Shown: positions 40,601 through 52,225 of the stretch, one piece after another
How positions within the stretch are numbered: the first letter of the stretch is position 1
How the letters are laid out: each line of letters begins with the position of its first letter
Assembly: GCF_009834535.1 (NCBI RefSeq)
Contig: NC_045705.1
Span: 56,110,001-56,174,000 of the forward strand
Reading direction: 5' to 3'
Source of the DNA: Camelus ferus
Lineage: Eukaryota
Length of the DNA stretch: 64,000 nucleotides
Translations under genes and position numbers: made by a program
The notes under the pieces: model-generated
The model's database searches: none
What the model was told of the DNA's origin: nothing
The model's input: the letters and a program-made list of their open reading frames with translations, nothing else

Positions 40601-40784
40601 ATTTTTAAAAATAGTTTTATAAAGAAAAAAGAAAGAAAAAATCTGAATAGCAGCCTCCCCCTATACACACACATTAAAAAAAAAACAAATTTTATTTTTC
40701 CAGCATCTTTAAAAGCAGTGCATTTGTCTCCATCATAATGGGACTAGTTCAAGTCATCATGTTTTCTTGGATTTATTTACAACA

Positions 40785-40925
40785 TAGAACTTTACTATAC
40801 TTAAAGGCATGAGCTCTGCAGTCAGACTAATTATGTTGAAAGCCAGCTTCATGACATATTCACTCTGTAATCAAAGAAAAGTAAATAACAAGCATTTTTC
40901 CTCTATAAAACAGATAATAAAGATA
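40785..40925 (+). mobile_element. MIR fragment (counterpart of 62440-62535)
   Basis: gagctctgcagtcagac...tttttcctctataaaacagataataa. Confidence 0.55.
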
Positions 40926-40939
40926 AAAATCCTAAATAT

Positions 40940-41525
40940 CTTGCTAGTTTTAAACAGATTCTTTAAAAAAATACTTTGAACCATTTGAACATTTGAACCT
41001 ATTCCAAAGATACTGTTATCTATCGTTCTTTAGAGATCAGGAGAGTGATTTTTCTAAAATGCACACAAGATGGATTCAGGCTGAAATCCAAATATTTATA
41101 CTAGGATCATGTGGTCCTTTCTAAATGTGGTCTTATTTATTCTCTTAAGTTTCAGTCTAGTCTTCTTTCCCCCAGACTTACCCGATGTCTCTTTCCTTTC
41201 TCTTTCATTCCTCTTCCTTCCCTTTGTCCATCATTGTGTCCTATGGGTGCACTATGAAATGGGGGAAGGGAAGGCTCACCAGACTGAGCACCAGGATGAA
41301 ATCCTGTCTCTGTTTTGTCTCTACCTGCTCTGTCTTTATGAGGGCATTGCTCTTTGCCTGGGCAGAGCTTTCAATGGAAAATACCCCAGGGCCAATTTTT
41401 TGAAGGACAAAAGTTCTCTGAGGATTCTAGTGCTAACCTCGCTCTGAGTCAAAAGGAAAGAGCCATTAGGGAGCCCTGGCTTCTGAGAAAAAGGCGGCCA
41501 AAAAAAAAAAAAATGAGGTTTAGGT
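40940..41525 (-). promoter_or_regulatory. Putative promoter and non-coding exon 1 of the OR52E2-like gene (module copy A)
   Basis: Paralogous to 61875-62430; O/E-like CCCCAGGG at about 41394-41401, conserved CCCTCATAAAGACAGAG (41328-41344), donor CTG|GTGAGC at 41280/41279 and a second donor CGG|GTAAGT at 41182/41181. Confidence 0.65.
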
Positions 41526-41589
41526 TTGGAAGATGACAGAATAGGAGGTCTTTGTACTCTTCCCTGGTGGAAGCACCCATTTAGCAACT

Positions 41590-41820
41590 GGAAATGGATG
41601 AAAATACCTTTATGAGAGTTCCAGAATCTAGATGCAAGGTTACAGGACCCTGGTGGAGCACAGAATAAGAAAAGAGATTAATAAGAATAAGTAGAAAAAT
41701 TTCATGTCACACACATCAGCCCTTCCCTAGCCTGGCACTGCTCTGCACCAAAAGATTTCCTCAGCCCATGAGTTCTCCCATGGGGGGACAAGAGAGCAAG
41801 CCCGCCCTTATACATGCCTG
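41590..41820 (+). mobile_element. Old L1 5' UTR-like fragment
   Basis: cccttccctagcctggcactgctctgcaccaaaagatttcctcagcccatgagttctcc resembles recalled L1M 5' ends. Confidence 0.4.
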
Positions 41821-41867
41821 TGTACACATACATATGATATGTATTCACGCACAGGTGTCCAATCTTG

Positions 41868-43806
41868 TTTTTTTAATTGAAGTATAGTAGGTTTACAAAG
41901 TTGTGTTAATTTCTGGTGTACAGCATGGTGATTCAGTTATATATATTCGTTTTCATATTCTTTTTTTTTATAGACTATTACAAGGTGTTGACTATAGTTC
42001 CCTGTGCTATACAGTAGGACTTTGTTGTTTATCTGTTTTATATATAGTAGTTAGTATCCGCAAATCCTGAAGTTCCAATTTATCCCTCCACCCTACTCTC
42101 CCTTTCCCATTTGGTAACCATGAGTTTGTTTTCTATGTCTGTGAGTCAATTTCTGTTTTATAAATACGTTCATTTGTCTCATTTTTTTAGATTCCACTAT
42201 AAGTGATATTTTATGATATTTTTCTTTCTCTTTCTGGCTTACTTCACTTAGTATGACAATCTTCAGGTCCATTCATGTTGCTGCAAATTGCATTATTTTA
42301 TTTCTTTTTATGTCTGAGTAGTATTCCATTCTGTATATCTATACATACAGTACAACTTTTTTATCCGGTTATCTGTCAATGGACACTTAGGTTTCTTCCA
42401 TGTCTTGGCTATTGTAGATAGTGCTGCTATGAACATTGGGGTGCATATGTCTTTTCAAATTAGAGTTTCCTCCAGACTCCAGATATATGCCCCAGAGTGA
42501 GATTGCTGGATCATATGGTAAGTCATTTTTAGTATTTTGAGAAAACCCCATACTGTTTTCCATGATGGCTACACCAAACTACACTCCCACCAGCAGTGTA
42601 GGTGAGTTCCCTTTTCTCCACACCCTCTCCAGCATTTATTGTTCATGGACTTTTGAATGATGGCCATTCTGATTGGTGTAAGGTGATATCTCATTGTAGT
42701 TTTGATTTGAGTTTCTCTGATAATTAGTAGTATTGAGCATTTTTTCATGTGCCATTGATATGTCTTCATTGGAGAATTGCTTGTGTAGGTCTTCTGCCCA
42801 TTTTTTTGAGTTTTTGTTGTTGCTGTTGAGTTGTATCAGTTGTTTTGTATATGCTGGAGATTAAGCCCTTGTCAGTCTCATCATTTGAAAATATTTTCTC
42901 CCATTCCATAGGTTTTCTTTCTTTTTTGCTTATGATTTCTTTTGCTATGCAAAAGCTTATAAGTTTAATTAGGTCTCATTTGCTTATTTTTGCTTTTATT
43001 TCTATTGCCTGGCTAGACTACCCTAGGAGAAAATTGCTACAATTTAAATCAGAAAATGTTTTGCCTATGTTTTCTTCTAGGAGATTTATAGTGTCTTGTC
43101 TTTAAGCCATTTTGAGTTTATATTTATATATGGTGTGAGGGAGTGTTCTAACTTCATTGATTTACATGCAACTGCCTGACTCCCAACACCACTTGCTGAA
43201 GAGGCTGTCTTTTCTCCATTGTATAATTCTGGCCTCTCTATTCTGTTCCATTGATCCATATGTCTGGTTTTGTGCCAATACCACGCTGTTTTGATTACTG
43301 TAGCTCTGTAGTTTTGTCTGAAGTCTGGGAAGGTTATTCCTCCAGCTTCATTCTTTTTATTCAGTATTGCTTTGGCAATTCTGGGTCTTTTGTGATTCCA
43401 TATAAATTTTAGGATTATTTGTTCTAGTTCTGTGAGAAATGTCCTTGGATAATTTGATAGGGATTGCATTAACTCTGTAGATTGCTTTGGATAGTATTGC
43501 CTTTATAACAATATTAATTCTTCCAATCCAAGAGCATGGAATATCTTTCTTTCTTTAAATCATCTTTAATTTCTTGATCAAAGTTTTACAGTTCTCCTCA
43601 TATAAATCTTTCACTTCCTTGGTCAGGTTTATTCCTGTTTTATTTTTTGATACATTTTTAAAGGAATTTTTTTTCACTTTCCTTTTCTGATATTTCATTG
43701 TTAGTGTAAAAAGAATGCAACAGATTACTGTATATTAATCTTGTGTCCTGCTACCTTGCTGAATTCTTTTATAAGCTCTAGTAGTTTTGTGTGGAATCTT
43801 TGGGTT
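41868..43806 (-). mobile_element. Young-to-intermediate 5'-truncated L1, about 1.9 kb
   Basis: ORFs 43086-43469 ([32 protein letters not shown]...WYWHK...DQWNRIE) and 42569-42769 are L1 ORF2 pieces; T-rich tail at 41868; frameshifted with an internal deletion near 43225. Confidence 0.95.
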
Positions 43807-44249
43807 ATGGTATAAAATTTTAAAGTTTAATATGATTTAAGTATTTAAAATCACATGAATATAAAATTATGAAATAAAATTAAACCAAATATTAAGGTGA
43901 CATTAAAATTGATTTTTTATGTTCTCTCAAATGAAAAATAAAAAGGTACTACTTAAAGCAAAGGGACTAGACACTGTCTTTACTTTTTTATTCATACATA
44001 TGATATTTTTAACAATGAACAATTCTCTCCCTCATAAAACAAACAAACAAAAAATGAACAATTCTGAGATTCAAGCAGTCCTGCTGAGAATCAGGCTCCA
44101 GATAGCTGGGGAAGACTCATCTTTCTTCCATCACCCCTTCCTTGGATTTTCCTGTTATTAAGATATCAGCTCTAAAGTCTTAGAACCTGAATTCTGAACT
44201 CAAATCTCTAACTCCCAAATGGTTTCTTTCCCTGACACTATGGAGACCA

Positions 44250-44720
44250 TGCCCACTGAGTGCCCATGGGAGCCTCAGAAATTGCAGAACATGTCTATAA
44301 CTGAGCTCATCTGGAAAAGCTGTAAGTCATGGAATGTCCCTCAGGCGAGATCCTCATCCCTACAGAAGCCCTGGTGAGATAAGGCAATGCAGTTGCTCTC
44401 ATTTGTGTCCTGGGCTAGCTGGACCGCAGCCAGATGGAAGGTTTCAGGGCTCTAGTCAGAACAAACAGGCTCTGAAAACAGGCTCATATAAAAAGTTTCT
44501 TGGGGCATCTGAGCCCATTTGAGTTTGTGGCCCCTAAATAGACAGCCTCTGTTTTACTGTTATGAGTTGACTCACGCTACAACTTTCCTTGAGAATAAAT
44601 TTGTGCATGGGCCCCTCTGCTTAGTTCAGTCCCTCAAAGGAAGGCTGATGAAACAAAGGATGGGAGTGCAGAGGCATCAGGCCTATATTCTCAACAAGCC
44701 TTAGAAATCGGTGATACATG
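44250..44720 (+). promoter_or_regulatory. Possible promoter region of the OR52S-like locus
   Basis: Unique GC-richer island about 3.6-4 kb upstream of the ATG with O/E-like CCCATGGGAG (44263-44272); inference only. Confidence 0.25.
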
Positions 44721-45959
44721 AGCAATTTTCCACGCTGTTCAAAGTCAACTTAAATGCATTATGTCATTTTACTTTTACGAAGCCCCGTGGAACACTTGCC
44801 TCCTAATGGTTAAGGTAAACTTTGTAAAGTTTTACAAAATTACAAACTTTGTAATTACACTTGTGTTCCAATTTCAGCTCCTTGAATTCATAGTAGAATA
44901 GCTTTGAGAAACTAAAATGAACATTGTTAGCTTTTTTTCATATCTGTGTTATATGTATGATTACCCCCCTAAAATGTCCCTTATTGATCCAATAGAATAA
45001 TGCCTGCAATGTAAAAAATACAGTATCTAATAGATGCTTGATTCATCTTAATTTATTTTATGTTTGTAAATAGATTAATAAGGATGTAGAATTTAGCCCA
45101 AAGATGTTAGAGGTCATTTATTTTATTTCTCCTCAAAGGCAGACGTGAGTTTCTTTTCCTCCATTCCCTCTTTTTTTTTTCCATCCTGTAATCAGACAAG
45201 TTAAAAAATGCTGACAGAATTTAATTTTGTTGCAAACTAATTCCCTGGATATATCTTAAATGTTTAGTATTATAAAATAAATACTATAAATAGTATAAAA
45301 TAGTATTAAAAACTTAATAGTATAAATAGTATAAACTGTCAATGCACTATAGTGTTTGGGGATTAGTATGGACTGTAATCAACTTATAGTGATTCTATTG
45401 GCTGCCTTAAATTTGTATAGAAATTATTTACCAGAAAAATAATAATACTCCCTTATCTTCTCCTTTTCTCTTTTTCTTTATTCACTCATTGGGACATCAA
45501 ACAAATATATGAAAATACATGATCTCTGCCAAGTATGAATTTGTAATATAATAAAGGAGAAAGACGTACAGAAATAAAAATACAATATGATGAGATAGAA
45601 GACATGTAAGTGCACATACCATAGGGACTCTGAGGAAACATGTCAATGATGGCTCAAAGCAGCTAGAAAAATAATCTCAGAGGTGCTGATATGTGCATAG
45701 AGTCTCAAGTTCTAATTAAGTTGTTGAGGTTTTATGTGTGAAAAAATACCAGGAAGAACAAAGACACAGGGTCACCACTTGCATGAATTGAGTGATAAAT
45801 TCTCTATGAGAGAGACATGAAGAGATATCTCAAGAGGTTAGAAGAACCTCTTAATATTTTAAAAGGCATGAAAAGCCTCATCTCATTTGTAATTTCTTGG
45901 TTTATATTTTTGTGATGAATACCATTGTAACTCTGCATTATTTATTTACTTACTTTAAA

Positions 45960-46700
45960 CTATATAGGTAACATATTAATATATAGAATGCACTGGCACT
46001 GTTAAAAAAGTTAAACCATAGTGATACAGCTAAATTACACTGTTTATATTCTTTCCACCTATCCCACATTTTAGACTGTTCCTAAATTGAGTCTATATTT
46101 CCTAAGTATATCCTTTAGATTGTTTCCTATGTTTATAAAATTCTTAGTATAGATCTGTTTTATATATATACACATACATATACACTATATATGTTTAATT
46201 TTTGCATGTGTATAGTGTTAGTGTCAAATTTCTGTTTCATTTTTCATTTGGATACTTTCTATGTCAGTTTATATACATATATTGTATTCATTCTATGTGC
46301 TTCCAAGTACTCAAAAATATAAATATGCCACAGATTTTTTAACTTGATATTACTTTATAGATGCACATTTTCAATGCTTCCATATTTCTCCTATTATAGG
46401 CAATTTTACAATGAGAATCACTGTATATACTTCCATGTGTACATGTGAACATTATTCCCTAGGATGACAAAGAGTTAAATTGATTAGCCAAAACTTTTGT
46501 TTTATAAGAATGACTACTATACAATTTTTCTCTAAAAGTTGGGTCAACTTTTTCCTACCAGTTATGCATACTAGTTCCTCTTTAACCTAAACTTCACTAA
46601 TGCTTGTTATCAAAAATCTTGATATTCTATTGGCTAAAAATATGAAGTGTGATTTGTATCATATTCATTTTAATTTTTAATTTCCTGATTGCAGTTAAAG
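45960..46700 (-). mobile_element. Ancient L1ME-type fragment
   Basis: tttccatatttctcctattataggcaattttacaatgagaatcactgtatatacttccatgtgtacatgtg and gtgatttgtatcatattcattttaatt. Confidence 0.6.
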
Positions 46701-48292
46701 ATAATATCTATTTTAAGTGATTGGACATTTGCATTCACTTCAGTGTGAACTTTTTTGTACATACCTATCAACTGATTTTCTACTGGGACAATATATTTAA
46801 ACTGTTTAAAGGGAAAGGAGAAATAGAAAGAGTAAAACTCCAAGTGAATGAGAAATATGAGAATGATGCTGGAAACACAACTATAGATAAAAGGATTTAT
46901 TTTCATTTGAGAATAAGAAAAGGATAAAAGACTTTCCAAAGCCAAAGCTCCTTGACTCACATATCCAGCTGTTCTCATGCTCAAAGGAAAATATCCATCT
47001 CTAGAGACTTGGAGGGTAAAATAGACAAAGTAAGCAAAATCTTTGACTACAAATCTTCAGCAAAGTAAAAGGCAAAAACATGTATCACTATTGTAAATCG
47101 ATACTGATACCTAGTCTGCTAAATAAATATTCCAGTCTACTTAAGTGGATGCTGATTTGAGGGCTATTTTTCAGATCAATAAGACTCCATAATCTACAAG
47201 TATCTATATTAGAGGGTAGAGCAAAAGGAGTATCTCAGGAAGAGGGCTATTTAATTGTGTTTCTAAGAAGGAAAAGAAAACAAACTGTGTGTTAAGGAAG
47301 CAATATACCTTTCAAAATATTGCTCTAAAAGAAGTCTTAAGAAATGGAACAAGTAGAATCAGCAGGTCACAGTATGGGTTGTGGGTAAGGATCGGCCAAC
47401 ATAGGAGAGGTACGCAGAGCAAAGGAAAGCTTATAAAAGAAAGCTCTGATGAAACAGACTGCCTAAAGAGTGAACTTAATCAAAAGCAAGTCATAAAGTC
47501 ATTTCACTAACTGAATAAATGTGAGAAAGTGAAGGAAGCTCAGAATACAGGTTATAATAATATCGTAATTCTTGCCTGGTAAGGTCCCAAGTAAACACAA
47601 ATTCAGGGGCCAGTGGAGAGTCACGAGCAAAGCAATGAGCTGTTCATTTGCTGAAACACTATCATCAGGCCCACTGTTACCATCCTAAATGAATTCTTTG
47701 TTGGTCTGAATGAACCCCCTAAATGAACCCCCTTCTGATCATTGCACAGTAATCAACATATCCTCCCCAAATTTGGTGTTTAAGTATCAAAGCTGCCCTC
47801 TGTAACTTGGCATGTCCTCAAAATATTATAACTAAAATCTAAAAAAAAATCTATCTTCTTTTCAAAACCTTCTATCATCCCTCCCATTTCACTCTAGTTT
47901 GTATCTTATAATTGCACTTTTGTTACTAAGGCATCCGAAGAAATGATTCTTAGTTTTCTTCAGCTTTCAACTAATACCTGTTTCTGTTTCTTCTAAATGG
48001 AAGATTTTTGATTTTCATGTATTTAAACTCCAGTTTTTAGTATCTACATATTTTCCCTCACTTAGCATCTATAGAACAGCCACACTGAAAATTACAACTC
48101 TGAAATATTTCACACTTAGGTGATGAAAGTTATTTCTGTCTAAATATTTACAGACATTGTTTTTATTCCATGGACTGCAATTCCCTATATTTTGGCTTAC
48201 TTAGCTTACCAGGGGCTTCAAAATTTATGTTATTATTTGTTTGCTTTAGAGGAAAATTTATGAAAAGAAAACTGAAACATCTAATGCTGATT

Positions 48293-49235
48293 ATGTCAGC
48301 ATACAATAAAACCGGTGTCCATCCATCAACCTTCATTCTCATTGGCATTCCTGGGTTGGAGGCTGCCCACATCTGGATCTCCATCCCTTTTTGTGTTGTC
48401 TACCTTTTGGCCCTACTGGGAAACTGCTCCATTCTCTTTATTGTCAAGACCGACTCCAGCCTCCATGAGCCAGTGTACCTCTTCCTCTGTATGCTGGCTG
48501 TGGCTGACCTCACTACAGCTGTGCCCAAACTTCTCAGACTTTTCTGGTTCCATGATGGTGAGATTCGCTTTGAAGCCTGCCTCACTCAAGTGTTCCTGAT
48601 TCACTCTAGCTCCACCATGGAGTCTGGCTTCTTCCTGGCCATGGCTTTTGACCATTATATAGCCATTTGCAGTCCGTTAAGACATTCAGCTATTCTGACA
48701 CATTCTTCAGTTGTGGGCATGGGCCTAGCTATTGTACTCCGGGGCACAGCATTTCTCAGTCCTCACCCCTTCCTGCTACAGTGGCTTCCTTACTGCAGGA
48801 CCAATGTCATTTCCCACACCTATTGTGAGTTCATGGCCCTCATCAAGATTGCCTGTGCTGAGACAAGAATTCGCAAAGCCTATAGCCTCATTGTTGCATT
48901 TCTTACAGGAGGAGTGGACTTCATACTGATCACTTGTTCTTATGTCCTTATACTCCACACTGTCTTCCACCTCCCATCCAAGGATGCCCGACTCAAGACC
49001 TTGGGTACTTGTGGCTCCCATGTGTGTGTGACCTTGGTGTCTTATACTCCGGCTTTCTTCTCTTTTCTTACCCACAGATTTGGGGACCAGGTGGCACCCC
49101 ATGTCCACATATTTGTAGGCTAATATCTATCTTCTTGTCCCACCCATGGTGAACCCTATCATCTATGGGGTAAGGACCAAGAAAATACGGGACAGGTTTC
49201 TTAAATTTTTCAATCTTTCAAAGCCTCTTAACTAA
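48293..49235 (+). pseudogene. Class I olfactory receptor, OR52S-like pseudogene
   Basis: MSAYNKTGVHPSTFILIGIPG...CEFMALIKIACAET (recalled OR52S signature). A +1 insertion at 49117 gives TAA at 49121-49123; the shifted frame reads [38 protein letters not shown] to 49235. Also an apparent 3-codon deletion in TM2 (ADL-TTAVP, near 48511), PMY to PVY and DRY to DHY. Confidence 0.93.
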
Positions 49236-49639
49236 ATCCTTTTTAAAAAAATTTTGGGGTATGTAATATCTGAACAAACTTTATGTTATATAACTTTGTG
49301 GTTTCTTTATCAAGATCTTTTAATTGTTTGAGGGATAATAAGGTTTTTCTATGGGAAGTAACTCACCCAAAGAAGAGCTATCACATTATCTCATCTCATC
49401 TATATTGCAATAATGAAGCAAATATATTACAATGTTAGAGTCTTTTTCAAAATAGTAAAATACTGTTTGAAAAAGATGGAGAATCATATGAGGCTAAAAA
49501 CAAGAGAAATTTAAAATCAACATGATGTATAATTATATACCTGTGGTTTATTGTATAAGACTTACTACTAGATTTAGAAATTTCCTTTTTTTTTTTTTTT
49601 TTTTTTTTTTTTGCCCCAGTTCTTCCTTCTTGACTAAAT

Positions 49640-50050
49640 GTTCTTCTTTCATGCTTTAACACTTTCTTAGTGAGAGTCTCTTGGTGCTAACTTCTCTGTT
49701 ATCTGTTCATCTAAAGTTTTCTTCATTTCACCCTCTTCTCGAATGGTACTTTTCTAGCTACACCGTTTCATTCTCCAGTTACTATATTTTGTTAGCCTCT
49801 TGAAGTCATAACCCTATAGTCTTCTGGAATCTATTATTACTTTGAAGAGGTTTGCTATTGACCAAATTGTCATTAATTTGTAATCTTTTCACTATGTCAT
49901 TAAATCCTTTTGCTTTTTTTGATGTTCTGTAGATTCACATGGATAAATCTCATAGGCATTATACTAATTGATAAAAATCAGACACAGAAGACTACATACT
50001 GTATGATTCTGTTTAAATGAAACTCTATAGACAGCAAAACTATGGTAGGG
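49640..50050. mobile_element. Old L1 fragments (antisense piece 49640-49950, sense 3' UTR piece 49950-50050)
   Basis: cttagtgagagtctcttggtgctaacttctc...ttcatttcaccctc and aatcagacacagaagactacatactgtatgattc. Confidence 0.6.
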
Positions 50051-50224
50051 TAGTATTCAGGCATCTATGTTTTAAAGTTTTTTCTGCAGTTCATAAACAG
50101 CTAAAATTGAGCTGCAACTGTGCAAATTGAGGTACAAAGAAATTAGTTAACCAAAGGAAAAATATTTCAGTCAAGTACTTCACCTCTAAAGCTAAAAATG
50201 TAGAGAGAAAAAAATGTGAAGAGA

Positions 50225-50400
50225 GGTAACATTTGTTAAGCATTGCCTGGTACCAAGCTCATCATTGTGTATTTTATATACATAATCACTTAACCTTTAC
50301 AATATTTTCTAAAGTTAATTATCATATATACCCATATGATAAATAGCTCAACAAACTCATATTCAATTTGCTAGGATTTAAGTCTGTCTAGCTCTAAAAC
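50225..50400 (-). mobile_element. MIR fragment
   Basis: taacatttgttaagcattgcctggtaccaagc...ctaggatttaagtctgtctagctctaaaacc. Confidence 0.55.
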
Positions 50401-50651
50401 CATAATTTTCCTCTAATCTTACAATGATTCCATCTATAGGTTTATATTCTTAACCACTACACTTTATTTAGTTACATTACACACTGCTATGTCAACATGA
50501 CAAGTACTGTGATAGAAGTACAAAATAGGTAATTAACCAAGGCTATAATGTTTAGAAAGTCAAAACACTATTCCATCAGGACATCAGGAACATTAGATAA
50601 ATAATTAAACAAAGATAATTAAACAAAATTGTGGATTAGGTCAAGTTAGGG

Positions 50652-50675
50652 GTGTGTGTGTGTGTGTGTGTGTGT
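50652..50675. repeat. (GT)n microsatellite
   Basis: About 12 GT units. Confidence 0.97.
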
Positions 50676-50802
50676 TTGGGAGAGATGTCTAGTTTTGAGT
50701 TAGCCAATTCTGTATCCAACCATCTCACTTCGTAAAGATTATTCCATTCTCTCCATCTGACAATGAACCATTTTGATTATTAATCAAGTTTCAACTTTCC
50801 AG

Positions 50803-50998
50803 AATGATTCTCAATATTTAAAGCTTGAATAATCCTTGAAGTCTCTTAAAAATGCAGATTACTCAGGCCTACTCTGAAACTGTTAGGTTCAAAACTTCTG
50901 TGGTGTATCCCATGGATAAAATCTCATTTAAATTTCATAAGTCATCCTGAATATTTATGATTCAGTGGTCGACGGTTCATTCTTTGATAAATACAGTT
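50803..50998. mobile_element. MER5-like hAT-Charlie MITE
   Basis: gattctcaa...cttaaaaatgcagattactcaggcctactctgaaac...tttgataaatacag follows the MER5A/B layout over about 190 bp. Confidence 0.6.
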
Positions 50999-51019
50999 GT
51001 AGGAAGCTGAGAATGGACA

Positions 51020-52225
51020 CATAGATGTCCTTCCATTCAGAAGATACAACACAATTTAAAATTCCTACCAGGGCTTACTTACAGTTTTTAATTAGAATAT
51101 AGAAAGTTGGAAAGAATATCACTCAAAACTTTGAAAAAATATGCTGGATAATCAAAATTCACCATTTTCTTGACTATGTCAGATAGTTGAAATCAGAGAG
51201 CATCCAATTAACACAAAGTCTAAGGAAAAATAGGCAGTTTCAAAGAGAGATGGAACATGATCCCATACTCACCAAGACTGGATGCCAGGTGCCATACAAG
51301 CCTGTAAAAAGAATTGACTAAAATTTTTAAACAATTTCTCACAGCAAAGCACGGATCTGTGTAAGAATCGAAAATGCCTGGGAGACATGTGTATATGACA
51401 CGAGTGGGAATTTACACCCACTCAAGTTTTTCTCACTTGACCTCAACCAGCTACTCATGGAAAGTCTGAGGGCAGGAGTAGAGGCCCGAAAAGGCCTTCA
51501 TCATGAGATAATCTGGTGGAAGGGAGTAGCAGCCACTGGAGGATGGAACTGCACCTCACCCAAGTTTTCCTCCCTCTAAGGAACAAGGGAGGACCCCACT
51601 GCCCCTGAGGGAAAGGAGCAGAAACAAACTCTGTAACCCCAGAACAAAGCAGGTTCATCAGAAGTGTCCTACAGCACTAGGGGAGAGGCAGATCACTGAG
51701 AAGTCTCCACCTTCAAGACCCAGGAACATAGCACCTGCCTAAGACAGGCTGAAGGAGAAAAATTAGGAAGATAAATCCTGCTCCCACCACCAGATGAGCT
51801 GGGTTCATGTAACAAGTAACTGCGCTCTGCTCCTGAGGGAGTGTCGAGACCATGAAGCGTGGTCTTGTCTGTGGCACAGGAACAAAGGGATGATCTAACG
51901 CTGATAGTGGGGTAGATACTAGAAAAGTCTTCTGACTCATCAGCCCTCACCCTGAGTAAGAGGTAAAGTGAGAGGGATATGAATCCTGTGATGCAGTCAC
52001 CGAGGACATTCAAAGCAACAGCAGGAAGCAATGGATGACCTGATAGTCCTTTAACAATTAAAGAAGTTTAATCTACAATGAGCAATCTTCTAACACACAC
52101 AGAAAAATTCCAGGCCCCAGTGGCTGCACTGGTGAATTCTACCAAACTTTTAAAGGCTAAATACCAGTTCTTCCACAAATTACCCAAAACATATAAAGAG
52201 AGTGAACACTGTCCAAATCATTCAA
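51020..52225 (+). mobile_element. Old L1 5' region joined to an ORF2 RT fragment
   Basis: 52020-52225 (ccaggccccagtggctgcactggtgaattctaccaaacttttaaag) is the decayed PGPDGFTGEFYQTFK segment; 51020-51970 resembles L1M 5' sequence (weaker call). Confidence 0.55.

Noticed and set aside
48170-48292. 41-aa N-terminal extension of the OR52S-like ORF, the same length as that of the 54 kb gene
   Set aside because: A good acceptor (ttgtttgctttAG, about 48249) lies inside it, so ATG 48170 is probably intronic. The two extensions share no sequence, so the equal length looks coincidental.
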